This document shows, one piece after another, positions 38,061 to 51,703 of a stretch of DNA of 64,000 nucleotides. Each line of letters begins with the position of its first letter. The first letter of the stretch is position 1. The notes under the pieces are model-generated. The model worked only from the letters and a program-made list of their open reading frames with translations, was not told where the DNA came from and made no database searches. The translations under genes were made by a program, and so were the position numbers. The DNA is taken from assembly GCA_964016885.1 (NCBI GenBank), contig OZ024740.1:143406001-143470000 (forward strand), given 5' to 3'. Source of the stretch: Eledone cirrhosa (Eukaryota).

Positions 38061-38860
38061 AGCGCCACTTTACAGCATGGACTGGGTGCTTTTATTTGTG
38101 CCACCAGCACTAGAGAGGATGTCTTACTAGACTCAAGGGCCCTCTCTACCCCTCCATTTTACAGCATGGTCATTAAAAAAAAAAAAAAAAAAAAAAACTT
38201 ATTGACACGACTCACACACCAATACTCATGCATTGGCTGCTTCAATTGTGATGACTGAACTTTGGATTCCAGGTTGTACCCATATGCTCATATCTCGTCT
38301 CTAGTTATCACAATATTCAGGAACTCAAAATCCTTGTTAGCAGTATCCAGCAGGTCCAGTGCAACTTCAAGATGAAGTTTTGTTGCTCCCGAGAAAGCAA
38401 CTTGGGCACAAATTTTGCTGCTATTCTGCACATGACCAAATCCTTTCTTAAAATTGCATATGCAGAATTTTTACTGATCACAGCCTTCATCACAAATTTC
38501 CCACACTGTCAAATGATGATTCTTCATTATCAAGTTCTGCACTTTCTCAATAATAACTGCCTTTCGACCTGTTCTACCATTAGTAACCTGCATGTTGAAT
38601 TTTACAAATTATTTCTGCTTGGATATATTTTGGAGAAAAATTTGATACAAGCTCATTGCTGTTCTGTCAGCATGAACAAAATTGAAATGGCTCAACAAAA
38701 ATCATGCAGCTCCATTTTGCATGCTTTTGTCTCCCTAACATCACTACTTCTCACAAGAAAAAATAAGTGTGATATGGTTTTGACAAACATTACATATAGT
38801 TTCATAATATTCATACAAATTTTGATGACTCATTTTGTTATTCATTTTTGTTAATTTCAG

Positions 38861-38930
38861 GTCACTGCAAAGACATAAGGAATGCTTAAAGACTTTTTAA
38901 ATAAAGACTTTTTAAATAACTGTGTTTTAG
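38861..38930 (+). other. Candidate non-coding terminal (3'UTR) exon with polyA signal
   Basis: Donor GTATGT at 34328, 19 nt after the stop. Acceptor tttttgttaatttcag ends at 38860. AATAAA at 38900-38905, followed by a GT/T-rich tract. Confidence 0.45.
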
Positions 38931-39010
38931 TTACTCTCAATTCTTGAATAATCTGGTATGGGTGTCCCGTTTACTTGTTCCAGCCATCCGGCTGAGGCGA
39001 CCGCAGATTA

Positions 39011-39113
39011 TCTATATCTATATACTACTAAAACTCTGTGATTGCTTGCTTGCCTGTAATACATTACAAAAAAGCTGAAGTGAACGTGACCCAACGGTTC
39101 ACGGGTGGTCTAG
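39011..39113 (+). mobile_element. Miniature Helitron-like element (about 103 bp)
   Basis: 5' TC, hairpin cgtgacc-caac-ggttcacg, 3' CTAG, inserted between A and T. Confidence 0.55.
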
Positions 39114-40477
39114 TATAATATAAAAGAGAGATATTTATTAGTTGGTTGAATCACACAAAAACTACACATACATCTAAAGAAAGAGAGAGATAGGCCATTA
39201 TACAGTGAGAGATACAAGTGTTAAATATTCAGAGAGAGAGAGTGACATCCCACAAAAGTATAGAATCAGCTTAAACTATAGATGCTTTGATCCATAAGAA
39301 GGTTTAACAATATTGCATTAGCTTTTATAAAGTAGTTTTACAGTCTTTGATTTTACAGAACAAAGAAAAATTGATATTTGAAATTAATCTACCCTCTAGC
39401 TTGTATCCATATACTACTTACAGTCTGTACTAACGGAGCAACACTTCAGAAGCAATGGTGCGTTTCAGATGATGTCCTTTGGAGCTGAAAAAGATCATAC
39501 TGACTGGTTATTTCACATTTAAAATCCAAGGCCAATGCTACCATTTAATCAGCAGTTTACTCCTCCATCTAATCCATGCTAGCGTGGAAGAACGGACGTA
39601 AAACGGTGATGATGATGATGATCTACACAGTTTTGGTTACTAATTATCATCTGCAGTAGCATTTAATATCCACTTTCCATGCTTGTGTTGGTTAGACAAA
39701 TTGTCACGTTATGAGACAATACAGGTCAAGTAACCAGGACTGGATTTAGACCATGGGAGTACCCCCTTCCTTACACAAAATGCAAAAAACTGACCAATAA
39801 TACATAAATATAATAGAGATACATACATAGACATTAAATGGAAATATACATAATATATACACAATAGGTAAATGTTAAATATTATATATAAATGTAGACA
39901 TATTAGTGTCAGAGCTGGTACAAAGATTTTCGCATATATGTACTAGAGGTTTTGGCCAAAGCGTATCAAACCACCATAATGTGGTTAAATGCATCTATCA
40001 ATGAAAATCTATCGTTGCCTAAACTAAGTACAGTAAGTTATATCTACATATTCAGAACACTGCTCTCTACATCCTGTAGGGAGAGAGCACTTAGTATTTT
40101 GTGGGTCATAATGATTGTCAGTTAAATCTTTATGAGTGCTAATTTGCTGAATGATCTCTCTCCTGAACTCTTTACTATCAAATATATCATAAGAACTATA
40201 TCAACACTTGGAAAGGTATCAGCAAGCCAATCATAGAGTAACACTGCCTGTTGAGATGGCATGAGACATGACCTGAAAGTTTTAATCAAGGAATTGAATA
40301 TATTTTAACCATAAACCCTGTAATTTTGACATGTACTATATTTCTAATCTGAAGAGAATGATGCATTCATCCCACAGAAAGATGAGCCTTTGTAATTTAA
40401 ACTTGTATAAGGAAGAAAAAAGGGAATAAAAAGAAAATTTATTGTATATAAACTTTGTTGCACTTACTGACATTACA

Positions 40478-40812
40478 TCATCATCATCATTTTACGTCTG
40501 CTTTTCTCTGCTTGCAAGGGTGGGACAGGAACTGATTCTGGCTTGATTTCTACAGCTGGATGCCCTTCCTAACACCAACCTCATTTACAGTGAGTGCTGG
40601 GTGCTTTATTGCCATGGCACCTCCAAGACCACTTTGCAGTGGAATGATATGGACCCCAGTCCCTATCATCTCATTTCTACAGCTGAGTAAACTGGAGCAA
40701 TGTGAAATAAAGTGTCTTGCTCAAGGAAACAACACATCACCCAGTCTGTGAATTGAACTCACAACCTTATGATTGCAAGGCCAATGCTCTAACCACTAAG
40801 CCATGTGCCTCC
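40478..40812 (-). mobile_element. SINE family 1
   Basis: Reverse copy of 2941-3239 with CATTACA TSD. Confidence 0.85.
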
Positions 40813-42721
40813 ATTACACATGTTTAAATTTTAGAATATAGGCCTTGTTTTGAGCAAAGTATGAGATTTCTAAAAAAAAACATCCCTAAACTAATAAAAA
40901 ATGAAAATCTGCAGTTCAAACACAGCATCAAAGTTTCAAATCCTTTTGAGAGATGTCTGGGAGAAATAGAGACAGATTTACCACAGTATTTAAGTAGTTT
41001 ATTCTCACCTCCACTCTAGAAGAGAGATTTTTCAATGTTCTTTATACGTTCATAGCAGACAGTTCTCCATTTTCCAGTCAGCAGCTAGGGCTTCAAACGA
41101 AGTAAGATATGTTCCCTGATTTAAAATTGTACTTCAGTTTGTCTTTTTATCTGAATAATAGTCTGCTTACATTACTTGCACCATTATGAAGTTGACTGTA
41201 TAACAGTACCTTGGGTGTGCTGTCGTCAATCATACATAGAACATGACCAGCCCATATATATATATGTGTATAATCATTGATATATATGTATACTGAACCT
41301 TAAGGACATCAAAGCACATGTATATAGAGTGAGTCTGCAGTGCTGAGACCGGGGAGTCCACTAATCATGAGAGTGTATATATATATATTTATATTTGAAA
41401 AAGGAGTAAGGTTCTATACAAAACAGGTTATAGAGAAAAAGTAGGATTGGAAACAGCACGGGAAATAACGGGAAATAAATTTAAAGAATCTGGGTTTTTT
41501 TTACTTCTTTGATCCGTCAATTTGAAAAATGTACTGTCAATGTACTGTCTTAGCTATAAAGATGTCATAATGTGTATAAATAATAGAATTATGTCCCTCT
41601 TTAAGAAAACAAGAATAGTATAAAAGTAAAAACCCAATTTATATAATAAATATGATTTTCAAAAGAAACAAATCAATAAAAATCAGTCAATGAAAAATAA
41701 CAGAAAGCACACTTAATGACAAACTACAACATAAAATGCTGGTATTGCCCTCTAAAAATGTTTGAGGCAAGCCAAGACAGCATTACTGAGAGTGATAGTG
41801 AGGCTAAGATGCTGGAATAGCCAAGTGTCCTTATGAACATCATCTGATAATTAACTGTCAACGGCCCAGCTTCCCTTAACATTCTCAAATGTTACAAGCT
41901 AAAAATGTCATTCACTGATAAATCACAGTATTTCAGTAATTCATTCTGTTTATGAAAAGATATAACAACATTAGAAGATATTTCCTTGTGACTTTTATGA
42001 ACAGTATAATACTTTTCAAATTGAAATGGTTGATATGTTATATTTGAAAACCCAGAGTCGACAGTTACATGTGATATAAAGAAAATTAAAGATTTAATGA
42101 ACATAAGTAATTTGAAATTGCTAATCAATATTAATTCTATTCTCCACCACAATCTGAAGTCAGTGATTAATCAGATTGTAATAATACATGTCTATGTATT
42201 TAGTTTTGTTTTAGATCTTTTATCTAAAAATATTTTAATATATCTTTTGTAGTAACTTGTGTTTGGGTGACACTTCATCTGTAGTAAGACTATCCAAGCA
42301 GTTAAATATTTAATAACTTTTGAGAGAGAAACACTTTAGAAATGTTTACCAGTATTATTAGGCTTCCATTAGCAGAAACTAACTTTTCTATATAATCATA
42401 CATAATAGTTTAGAGAATGATCTAAAATAAGCTTATTGATTTATCTCATTGTTTAATCACTAATTTCAAATTTTGTAGCTTTGGTTAGATGTTCTACATA
42501 TTAAATGATAATATAATAATTTAAGAGTAAACCAGATTTATTAAAATTACAGGTTACTAAAATTTATTCTAAAAGAGTGATGCAGTAAAAATTAATGATT
42601 CAGAGCCTCACAGCTGAGATGACAAAAGGTTGAGGAAATGTGGTGATATCATTTAAGACAGATATGTCTAACTAATACTATTGATGTAGTCATTCTTCTG
42701 TAGTAATACAGACATGTGTAG

Positions 42722-43258
<537 letters not shown>

Positions 43259-43814
43259 CTAATATGTTTTCTTTTAGCACAACATGGATACTTTTTTTGT
43301 TTTCTTTCTTATATATTATTGTGTTAATGAAAATATTCCTCCTACTGTATTTTCAACAACTGGTTTTTGTTGACATTTGAAGATGGTTACAAAAACTTTT
43401 ACAAGTTTAATTAGAATGCATAATCATTTTGTATACATTTCCAGACTGTAGAAGGGAAATGTTGCTATTAATCCCTGAGTAGAAAATATTTCATTGTAAT
43501 TCTACCAGAGATTTATATAAACAGGGCTATATCTTCCTTTAGTCTTTAAATGATAAATATTGATGATGTATTTCAAATACCAAAAAATTCTGTTATGCCA
43601 ATATCATCTGAAATTCTGAAATAATAGAAAAACAGAATAAGATATAAAAGATACTGAAAGTGAAGATTTAACAGTGAAAATGTTACTACATTTCTCATTT
43701 CTATATTAATAAACTGTAGATATAAATCTTTAACTGAACAATTGAACTTTACTTTTTAATTTATTACAAAAATTACATCATACAATTTTGTTTAGTGTTT
43801 ACATATTTGTAGAC

Positions 43815-43983
43815 TACCGCTACACCTTCAGATAGTGTAACATTATATGGGTTACGTCCCTTTATGATCTGAGTTCAAATCCTGCCGAGGTTAACTGCCT
43901 TTCATCCTTACGGGATCAATAAAATAAAGTACCAGTAATACACTGGGTAATTGCTGGCCTTGTGCCAAAAGTAGAAACAATTA
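43815..43983 (+). mobile_element. SINE family 2
   Basis: GAGTTCAAATCC...CCTTTCATCCTTACGGG...AAAGTAGAAACAATT. Confidence 0.75.
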
Positions 43984-45329
43984 TATATATTTCTGAGTGT
44001 ATCTAATTTAGAACAGGTACACAGTATCTCTGCATGTCAAATGAGGAAACTAAAGAGAGTTGGCCCCGGGAAGAGCATCCAGACATAAAACATTGCCATA
44101 AGTATGAAACCTGTCATGGAGCCCACATAGCTAAACTCTGCTCTAGAACATCACCAAATAGGAGTCACATGATCATTGGCAAGCTTGGTGCAGTTTTTTC
44201 TTCTTTAAAGATTGTTTTTAGTATTCATTTCCAAAACAAACTAGTCTCATGTACTTTAAAAATTTTCATTTGTAAGGCAAGTAGCAAACATGGAGAATTA
44301 AGTAGATGTATATCTTCCACTCATTTATTTGAAAATCTTTGAATATTTTCCATAATGCTGGCTCTATTCCTAGCTAATTTTGTAGCAACTGAATTTGTTA
44401 CACTTTGAGAATTTCTTCGCCATCACTACAAATTGTCCAACCCATACCAGCATGGGAAATGGACATAAAAATTATGATGATATTATAAAATATACTGTTG
44501 GTGGGTTATCACACTAATACATCACCTTTTCTGTGTAAAAATATTTATAGGTATATAAAATATTTCTTTTCATGGAATGAATTTTGACAATACAGCAACA
44601 CATACTACTTGAATTTTGGTAAATACTAGATATATCAATGAAAAATGAATTGAACAAAATTATGAATGTAAAACACATGACGTAGTGCTTTTATCTCAAC
44701 ACAGGAGATTATGAATATAGATACTTTCTCATGTAAGGAATATTTGAAGCAACGTTTTTTGGTTGTTGAAGAGGATGATAAACACGACAAATACAATAAT
44801 TTGGGTTAGATATATAAAGTTTGATGGTAGCACTCACAAATGAATACAGTGTTTAAAAAAGGCTTCTGTGTTGTGCTGGAGAATCTTGTTTAATATGCTA
44901 CATTGATTGCAAAGTGACAAGTTGTAGTCAGACAGTATTAGCATCTGTGTGTTAAGGCCACAGGACAGCCTATTTATAATGATGGCTAGTCATTTTTGAT
45001 AAATAACAGATAGTTCTAGGATATGTTCTCCTTCATAGGAATGGTGCTGTAAAATTTAGCCTCTGGAGAATTTATCTGTTGTCTTCTCTGTGAGGTCGCA
45101 GGTCACTTCTTGGTGGCCGTGTCTGTAAGAGATTACCAGGGGAAAATATTTCTTTCGCTACATGTTGATAAAATTATTAGATTAGAGCACAGAAAAAGAT
45201 CAAAATTCATTTAAAAAATTAGATATATCCATGAGAAAAAAGGAAAGTTTCCTCTAAACAACAAAAATTAAGTATTAAGCTGGCTGTGCTGTATTTGTCA
45301 CATCCAAGATGTTGGCATTAATACAGTTA

Positions 45330-45810
45330 GCCTTCTCTATGTATGCATAAATCTAATTATGTGATTTATATGAGAGAATGATTTACCACAGATGTCAGTG
45401 ATGTGGCTTCTCTCCTGTATGAATGCATTTGTGAGTAACAAGAATGATCCCCCACAGATATCAACAATATGGTTCCTCACCTGTATGAATACGCCTACGA
45501 TTAGTTAAGTGACCAGTTTCAGAGAATGATTCCTTACAGATATCACAGTGATATGTATTTCCTCCTGTATGAATACATTTGTGTTATTATTTATTTTAAA
45601 GAATGATTTACCACAGATATCACTGATATAATTTCTCATTTGTATGAATATGTTTGTGTTTAAACAGGTTACTTTTTCAGAGACGTATGTTTTATAAATA
45701 TAACATTGGCATGATGATTTTCCTATCTCTATCGGTATGTCTTCTGAAAAGAAACAATCCTTTAAGTTTCTCATTGAATTAATTTTCATATAATTTCCTT
45801 TTCCTACCAC
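45330..45810 (-). pseudogene. Second, more decayed C2H2 zinc-finger pseudogene
   Basis: DICGKSF and TGEKP remnants with many indels. The upstream sequence is similar to that of the first copy. Confidence 0.75.
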
Positions 45811-46289
45811 AACATTTGGATGTTTTTCTTGTTTTCTTTTTTATATATTCCTACAGTGATGGAAATATGTTTATGAATTGTGTTCTTTGTCGGTATCTGA
45901 AGATGTTTGCAAACTACTTTGTAAATCTATCACAGTTCAATTAAAATGCAAAATCATTTTGAACTGTAAGAAAAGAAATGTTGCTTTTAACCTCAGTTTA
46001 GAAAAATATTTCACAGTATTTCTACTAGAGATTTATATACCTGTCGTGTATAGCATCTTCTTAAAGTCTTCACAAGATGGTATGTATTAATAATTTCAGA
46101 ATTTTGAACTTCTCAGAGGAAATGAGCAATGAGTGCAACAAGTGGTGAGATGTTTTGGAGAGGAGAAACCAAAGCCATGGAAGCATGGAAAAGCAGACTT
46201 AAAAATGATGACAATATATACATGATTGGTTCCATTGTATGGCACCTGGGGGAGGTATTTCCTACTATAACTCCACGATGACCAATGCT

Positions 46290-47397
46290 TTGAGAGTAAA
46301 TTTGGTAGATAGAACTGCATGGGAAGAAATTAGTTTGCCCCAAGTCGACCCAACAGAGAAACCGGCTGTGCAAGTTAACAGTAGTATAGTAAGTAAGGCA
46401 ATCAAGGATATGAAGACAGGCAAAGCAGCTGGACTTTCCAGGGTAGTTGCCAATGGGTCACACCATAGTCACCTGTATTATAAACCAGGTACTACAAAAC
46501 AGTGTCATAACCAATGACTGGCATAGCAGCACCATTGTCAACTGCTACAAGGGCAAAAGAAATGCTCTAGACAGAGAAAACTATAGAGGCATTAAGTTAG
46601 TTGACCAGGTTATGAAGGTCACAGAAAGAGTTATTGCACAGCTGATTAGGGACTGAATTAACCTAAATGAAATGCAGTTTGGATTTGTAAGGCAACTACA
46701 GAAGTACCTAGCTAAAAGCAAACCCATTTACTTAGCTTTTGTTGACTTGGAGAGAGCCTTTGACAGAGCATTCCGCTCCATTATATGGTGGGCTCTTAGA
46801 AAACTTGGTGTTGATGAATGGCTTGTGAGAGCTATACAAGCCATGTATAAAGAAAACTAGGAGTAGATGAGTGGCTTGTGAAAGCCATGTATAGAGGGAA
46901 AGTCAGCAAGGTTTAGAATTAACAATGAATATTGTGAAGAATTTAGTGTAAAAGTAGGTGTTCATCAAGGCTACGTCCTTAGCCCCCTCCTGTTTATTAT
47001 TGCCCTACAGGCTATAACAGAAAAGTTTAAGACTGGCTGCTCATGGGAACTTCTATATGTAGATAATCTAATTCTCATAGCTGAATCTGTGGCAAAACAA
47101 GAGAAGAAATTCCAAACCAAATAAAGTTAACTTGTCTAGTATGTAGAAAGGAAAATAGGGCCCAGATTCCCTCTGGGAAATAGCCTTGTTCAATACACAG
47201 GAAAGGAGTAGGTAGAAATTCCATTCTATGTCCCAAATGTAAACTATGGGTACATAAAAGGTGTAATGGGATCACAGGCAGGCTATCAAAGAACAGGTTT
47301 ATATGCAGCCGATGCACTAGTGCAGTAAGTAGCAAATGCCCACAGGATACTATCTCCTTCAACCTCCCAGATGGTTCTATAGAAATAGTGGACAATA
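46290..47397 (+). mobile_element. Decayed RTE family A LINE fragment
   Basis: NYRGIKLVDQVMK, AFVDLERAFD and Cys-finger remnants. Confidence 0.85.
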
Positions 47398-48577
47398 GGT
47401 GGAGAATGAGAGGTCGGAGGCTGACCATTTATCACATAGTCGTTCCACCAAGCAGGTCTCTTGGTCGTTCGACGCATGCCACCGCCACCTAGAGTGGACT
47501 AGGTTAAAGTGGTGGCAACTTTAGCAATTGGTAATCGCCGGTGATAGTTCGGTCGAAACATCGGCCACCGGCGGGTTGAACGAATACCTAGGTGGGCTGT
47601 GCACGAGGACGAAGTAAGGGGTGAGCAAGGGGAGGGATAGAAAGTGGAGAAGGGGTGAGAAGATTATGAGTGCGTGGAGATGAGTGTGGTCATGTGAGAG
47701 ACAGTTAAATACAGTGGGAGAGAAAGAGCACTGAACATGCAAAGAGAAGGAAAATAAAAAGGCTAGAAATACAAACTCTAAGGCTGTGAGTTTGCGTAAT
47801 AGTTCGCATGGGTAAATCCGCAGTAAAAACCGAAATTGTGAGTTTGTGTAAAAAATAAAAAAATAAAAAAAACACATGGGCAAGACTTCAGTAAAATCAA
47901 AACCTGAATGATAGTGACACAAGATGTTTACAATTACAGAGTGATTACATTACTGGACCTGAATTCTATCAAGTGGTCAAAGCTTCTAATTCTGTGAAAT
48001 AGAATGGAAGTCTGGATTGACCTTTCAGTCACACCTGACTATAAATAGATTCAGGTTATTTGAAGAGGGAGATGGGATGGTGCCATGTGTAATCTCTTCT
48101 TGTGAAGCTAGTGGTAGTTCCTCGCCATTTATAATTATTTATTTTTATTTTATATTTGGGGGGTTTGTATTTGAAAAATTGTAAGTGTATGTTAAGGAGG
48201 AATGTATAATTGTGTGATACAATTGCTCCAGGTTGGTTCCCTGCGTTGTTACCACAACCATTCCTTTAAAATTTTGTTTTTTTCCTCCGAAGATCTGTTG
48301 TTCTCTGTCTGAATTTCTGGATTTGTTTTTTTCTTTCCAGCGTGGTGGGGAAAATAAGGTGTTTCAGATATATACAAGTACAAATTCCAAATATAAAATG
48401 ACGATAACTTATATATATCAATGTGATTGATTTCTTGTTTTTGGTGGGTAGTCGCACGTGGCTGTATGTGTTGCTTATGTTGACTTTGTTTGAAAGTAAT
48501 CAAGAATTTGGAAGGATTTAATTAAACAACCTCTCCAATATCTAAAAACAGATTTGTTAATTCACATATATATAGTA

Positions 48578-49986
48578 GCTGTTCTCAGCCCCCTACTATT
48601 TATTATTGCCCTTCAGGCTATAACAGAGGAGTTCAAGACAGGCTGCCCATGGGAACTCCTATACGCAGACGACCTGACACTCATAGCGGAATCAATGGCC
48701 GAGCTAGAGAAGAAATTCCAAACATGGAAGCACGGCCTAGAGTCAAAAGGACTTAAAATTAACCTGGCTAAGACCAAAGTTCTAGTTTGTAGGAAAGAAA
48801 ACAAGGCGGCGGTCCCTTCTGGGAAATGGTCGTGCTCGGTGTGTAGGAAAGGCGTAGGTAGAAACTCCATTTTGTGTCCTAAATGCAAAGTATGGGTGCA
48901 TAAAAGATGTAGTGGGATCACAGGTAAGCTAACTAAGAACATAGATTTTACATGTGGCCGGTGTTCTGGTGCAATAAGTAGCAGCAAGTGCCCACAAAAT
49001 ACTAGCTCTTTCAATTGCGCAGAGGGTTCTATAGAAATAGTGGACAGCTTCCGTTACCTGGGCGATAAAATCAGCAGTGGGGGAGGGTGCTCTGAAAGTA
49101 CTGTAGCTAGAGTCAGAACTGGTTGGAAAAAGTTCAGAGAGCTTATACCACTATTAGCTGCTAAAGGGTTCTCCCTAAAAATGAAAGGCAGGTTGTACGA
49201 TGCCTGCATACGAACAGCAATGTTGCATGGCAGTGAGACCTGGGCATTGTGTGCAGAGGATATACGCAGACTAGAGAGGAACGAAGCTTGCATGCTCCGC
49301 TGGATGTGTAACAGTAATATACGTGAACGGCAAAGCATAAACGAACTAAGGAAAAAATTAGAGATAAGAGGGATCAGATGTTGTTTACTCGAGAGAAGGC
49401 TACGTTGGTATGGACACGTGATGCGCATGAAAGTCGATAGCTGTATAACAAAGTGCAGGGCAATAAAGATAGACGGTAGCCACGGAATAGGCAGACCTAG
49501 AAAAACCTGGGACGAGCTGATAAACTCCGACCTCACACACTTACACCTCTCCAAGACAATGTCACTGGACCGAGACCTTTGGCGGTACTCAGTAACAGAG
49601 AAGACCCGCCTTGCCAGTAGGCATCTCTAACAAAATACACCCCGTCCCACCACCCCCACCCCATCCACACCACCCCGTCCTATGTAAAGTTATGTTGGTG
49701 CCGCGCCATCCGGGCCGAAACAAATGAGATCGTGTAGGTGTCACGACAAAAAAACACACAGTCCACGCTGTAATGTGGCCGTGTAGGCAACACGGTAAAA
49801 ACCTCCCAGACCCACACTGTAAATGTGGTTGGTGTTAGGAAGGGCATCCAACTGTAGAAAACCTGCCAGACAGTCCTATGCGAGCAAGACAATCACTCTT
49901 GCCTCAAGTGGGACTACCCCCGTCCAAACCCATGCAAGCGTGGAACACGGACGTTAAACGTTGATGATGATGATGATGATGATGAT
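48578..49986 (+). mobile_element. 5'-truncated young RTE family A LINE
   Basis: Uninterrupted ORF from LSPLLF through YADD and the C4HC3 finger to the stop at 49630; (GAT)n tail. Confidence 0.93.
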
Positions 49987-50264
49987 AGTATGTTTAATAA
50001 TGGAGAGATCCCTGTGGAAATTTCACTAAACTAAAGACTAGTTTTTAATGTGGTGCAGCCATAGTGAGGGGTTTTTTTTTTCTCTCGTGTATATATTTTT
50101 TATGTTGCAGATATATAATCCACATTTTCCAAAATGCAGATTACGATTATAATTCTTATATATATAGTGGTAGAACACTGGAAGGTAATATCCATAGTGG
50201 TAGAGCACTCAGTCCATGGGTCGAGTTAGGTAGAAGTGGTTACACAACAGTTAGTTCACTATAC

Positions 50265-50305
50265 CTAGAACAATTGTTTCACCTTAGCGGATCCTCAGCT
50301 CGTGA
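50265..50305 (-). ncRNA. Hammerhead ribozyme-like motif
   Basis: Minus strand CTGAGGA-tccgctaaggt-GAAA-CAATTG-TT. Confidence 0.5.
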
Positions 50306-51521
50306 TGGACATGGTTATACGGAACAGGAAGACAACCGTACGAACGCGCATGTGCAGAAACGATCACTTCACACAGGCAATACTAAAATGCGTGCAAGAA
50401 GTGTAAGGGAGATAACTGCGAAAGTCTGAAAAGTTTCTAGTTGATAAGAAAATTAGGATGTTGTTGTTATTCAATCCGGAGCTTTGGAGTTATGTAAGAG
50501 GTGTTTCGAGACATGTGGACAACATGTGAAAAATTCATTTCTTGCGTTTAGGAAATCTCTATTGCGTAATCTCTTTAGAATATATATTCATTCGTCGATA
50601 CATAGTCCACACGACGGATTGCCCCTTGCGTATGGCTTGGACTTAGTGATGGCTTTTCATTGAATGGAGTAGTCTATACTTGAGTCCTTGAGGGACCACA
50701 CATGGCTCGCGAGTTTCGTGGATAAACGTCTGTCCGGGCACCTAAAGGTCGACTGGTGGTTCAGGAAGCATTCCTTAAATCGGCCCTCCGCCATACCCAC
50801 ATAGGATTTGACCTCCTGTGGTTGATTTGGTCGGTTGGAAGTGACCACAGCTTCATAAACTACAGCGGGTGTATTGCATTGCTGTTGTAGGGGACAAGCT
50901 TCAGGCTTACGGCAAGAGCACCCTGGTGGGGTGTTGCTCTTAGGGCTGTTGGTGATGTGGGCCTTCATGTTCTTAGCGCAGGAGTATCCTAGTTTTACTT
51001 TGTGTCGGTTAAAGATGGGGTGGTATTTATGACCAATGGGAAAGTGTCTATCTAAGAGGGCTAAACATATTTTGCCTACATTGGTTTTAACGTTGAGTGA
51101 GAAGGGAGGAGAGAACCAGATAGTTTGTCTATTGTTACGCTTTCTTATCTTATGCTGTTGTTGATAGTGGGTGAGTAAGTGATAGGTTGCGAGAATATAT
51201 ATATATATATATATACACACATACAGACACACTTCTTTGTCAATTTTTCAAAAAAATTAGATATACTTTCAAAAATTTAAACACAAGTCTAAATATTTCC
51301 TGCTTTTTAATTATAGAATTTTTTCATACAGTAATTACCTAAGCCTGACCTACGCCTTTATAAGATGCACAGTGATTTTGAGGGGCAAATTTTGAAAAAA
51401 AAACAAAATATATATATATATATAGAGAGAGAGAGGTGGGTAGAACACTGGTGGCTTATATCCACAGTAGTAGAGCACTCAGTTCATGGGATGAGTTTGG
51501 TAGAAGTAGTGCCACACCATT

Positions 51522-51563
51522 TCTGAGAACAATGTTTCACCTCAAACGGATCATCAGCTCGGT
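51522..51563 (-). ncRNA. Hammerhead ribozyme-like motif
   Basis: Minus strand GAG-CTGATGA-tccgtttgaggt-GAAA-CATTG-TT-CTC. Confidence 0.55.
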
Positions 51564-51703
51564 TTAAATGAGATATACGGAAAAGGAAAACCATGGCACA
51601 AATAGACATGTGCAGAAGATATTCTCAAAGGGGAGATAACTCACGTTAGATCGATGCATGGAGGTAACTGCAAAAGATCAGAATACAATCATTCATGATA
51701 CTC

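Larger units (their letters stand above)
50163..51680 (-). mobile_element. Penelope-like element: GIY-YIG endonuclease fragment (about 50585-51190) between two hammerhead-containing repeats
   Basis: IWFSPPFS..HFP..IFNR..YSC, CSCR..CPL..C, VVY..YVG and C..C motifs. Flanking repeats at about 50163-50430 and 51435-51680. Confidence 0.8.

Noticed and set aside
38372-38854. 160-aa ORF
   Set aside because: No motif or splice support; looks like a decayed transposon relic or chance ORF.
45040-45135. Possible minus-strand exon after a ctcttacag acceptor
   Set aside because: All three frames stop quickly and no partner exons were found.
47398-48570. Insert between two RTE pieces with RRTTKRPAWWNDYV (integrase-tail-like)
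   Set aside because: Too short and degenerate to classify; no LTR or TSD identified.
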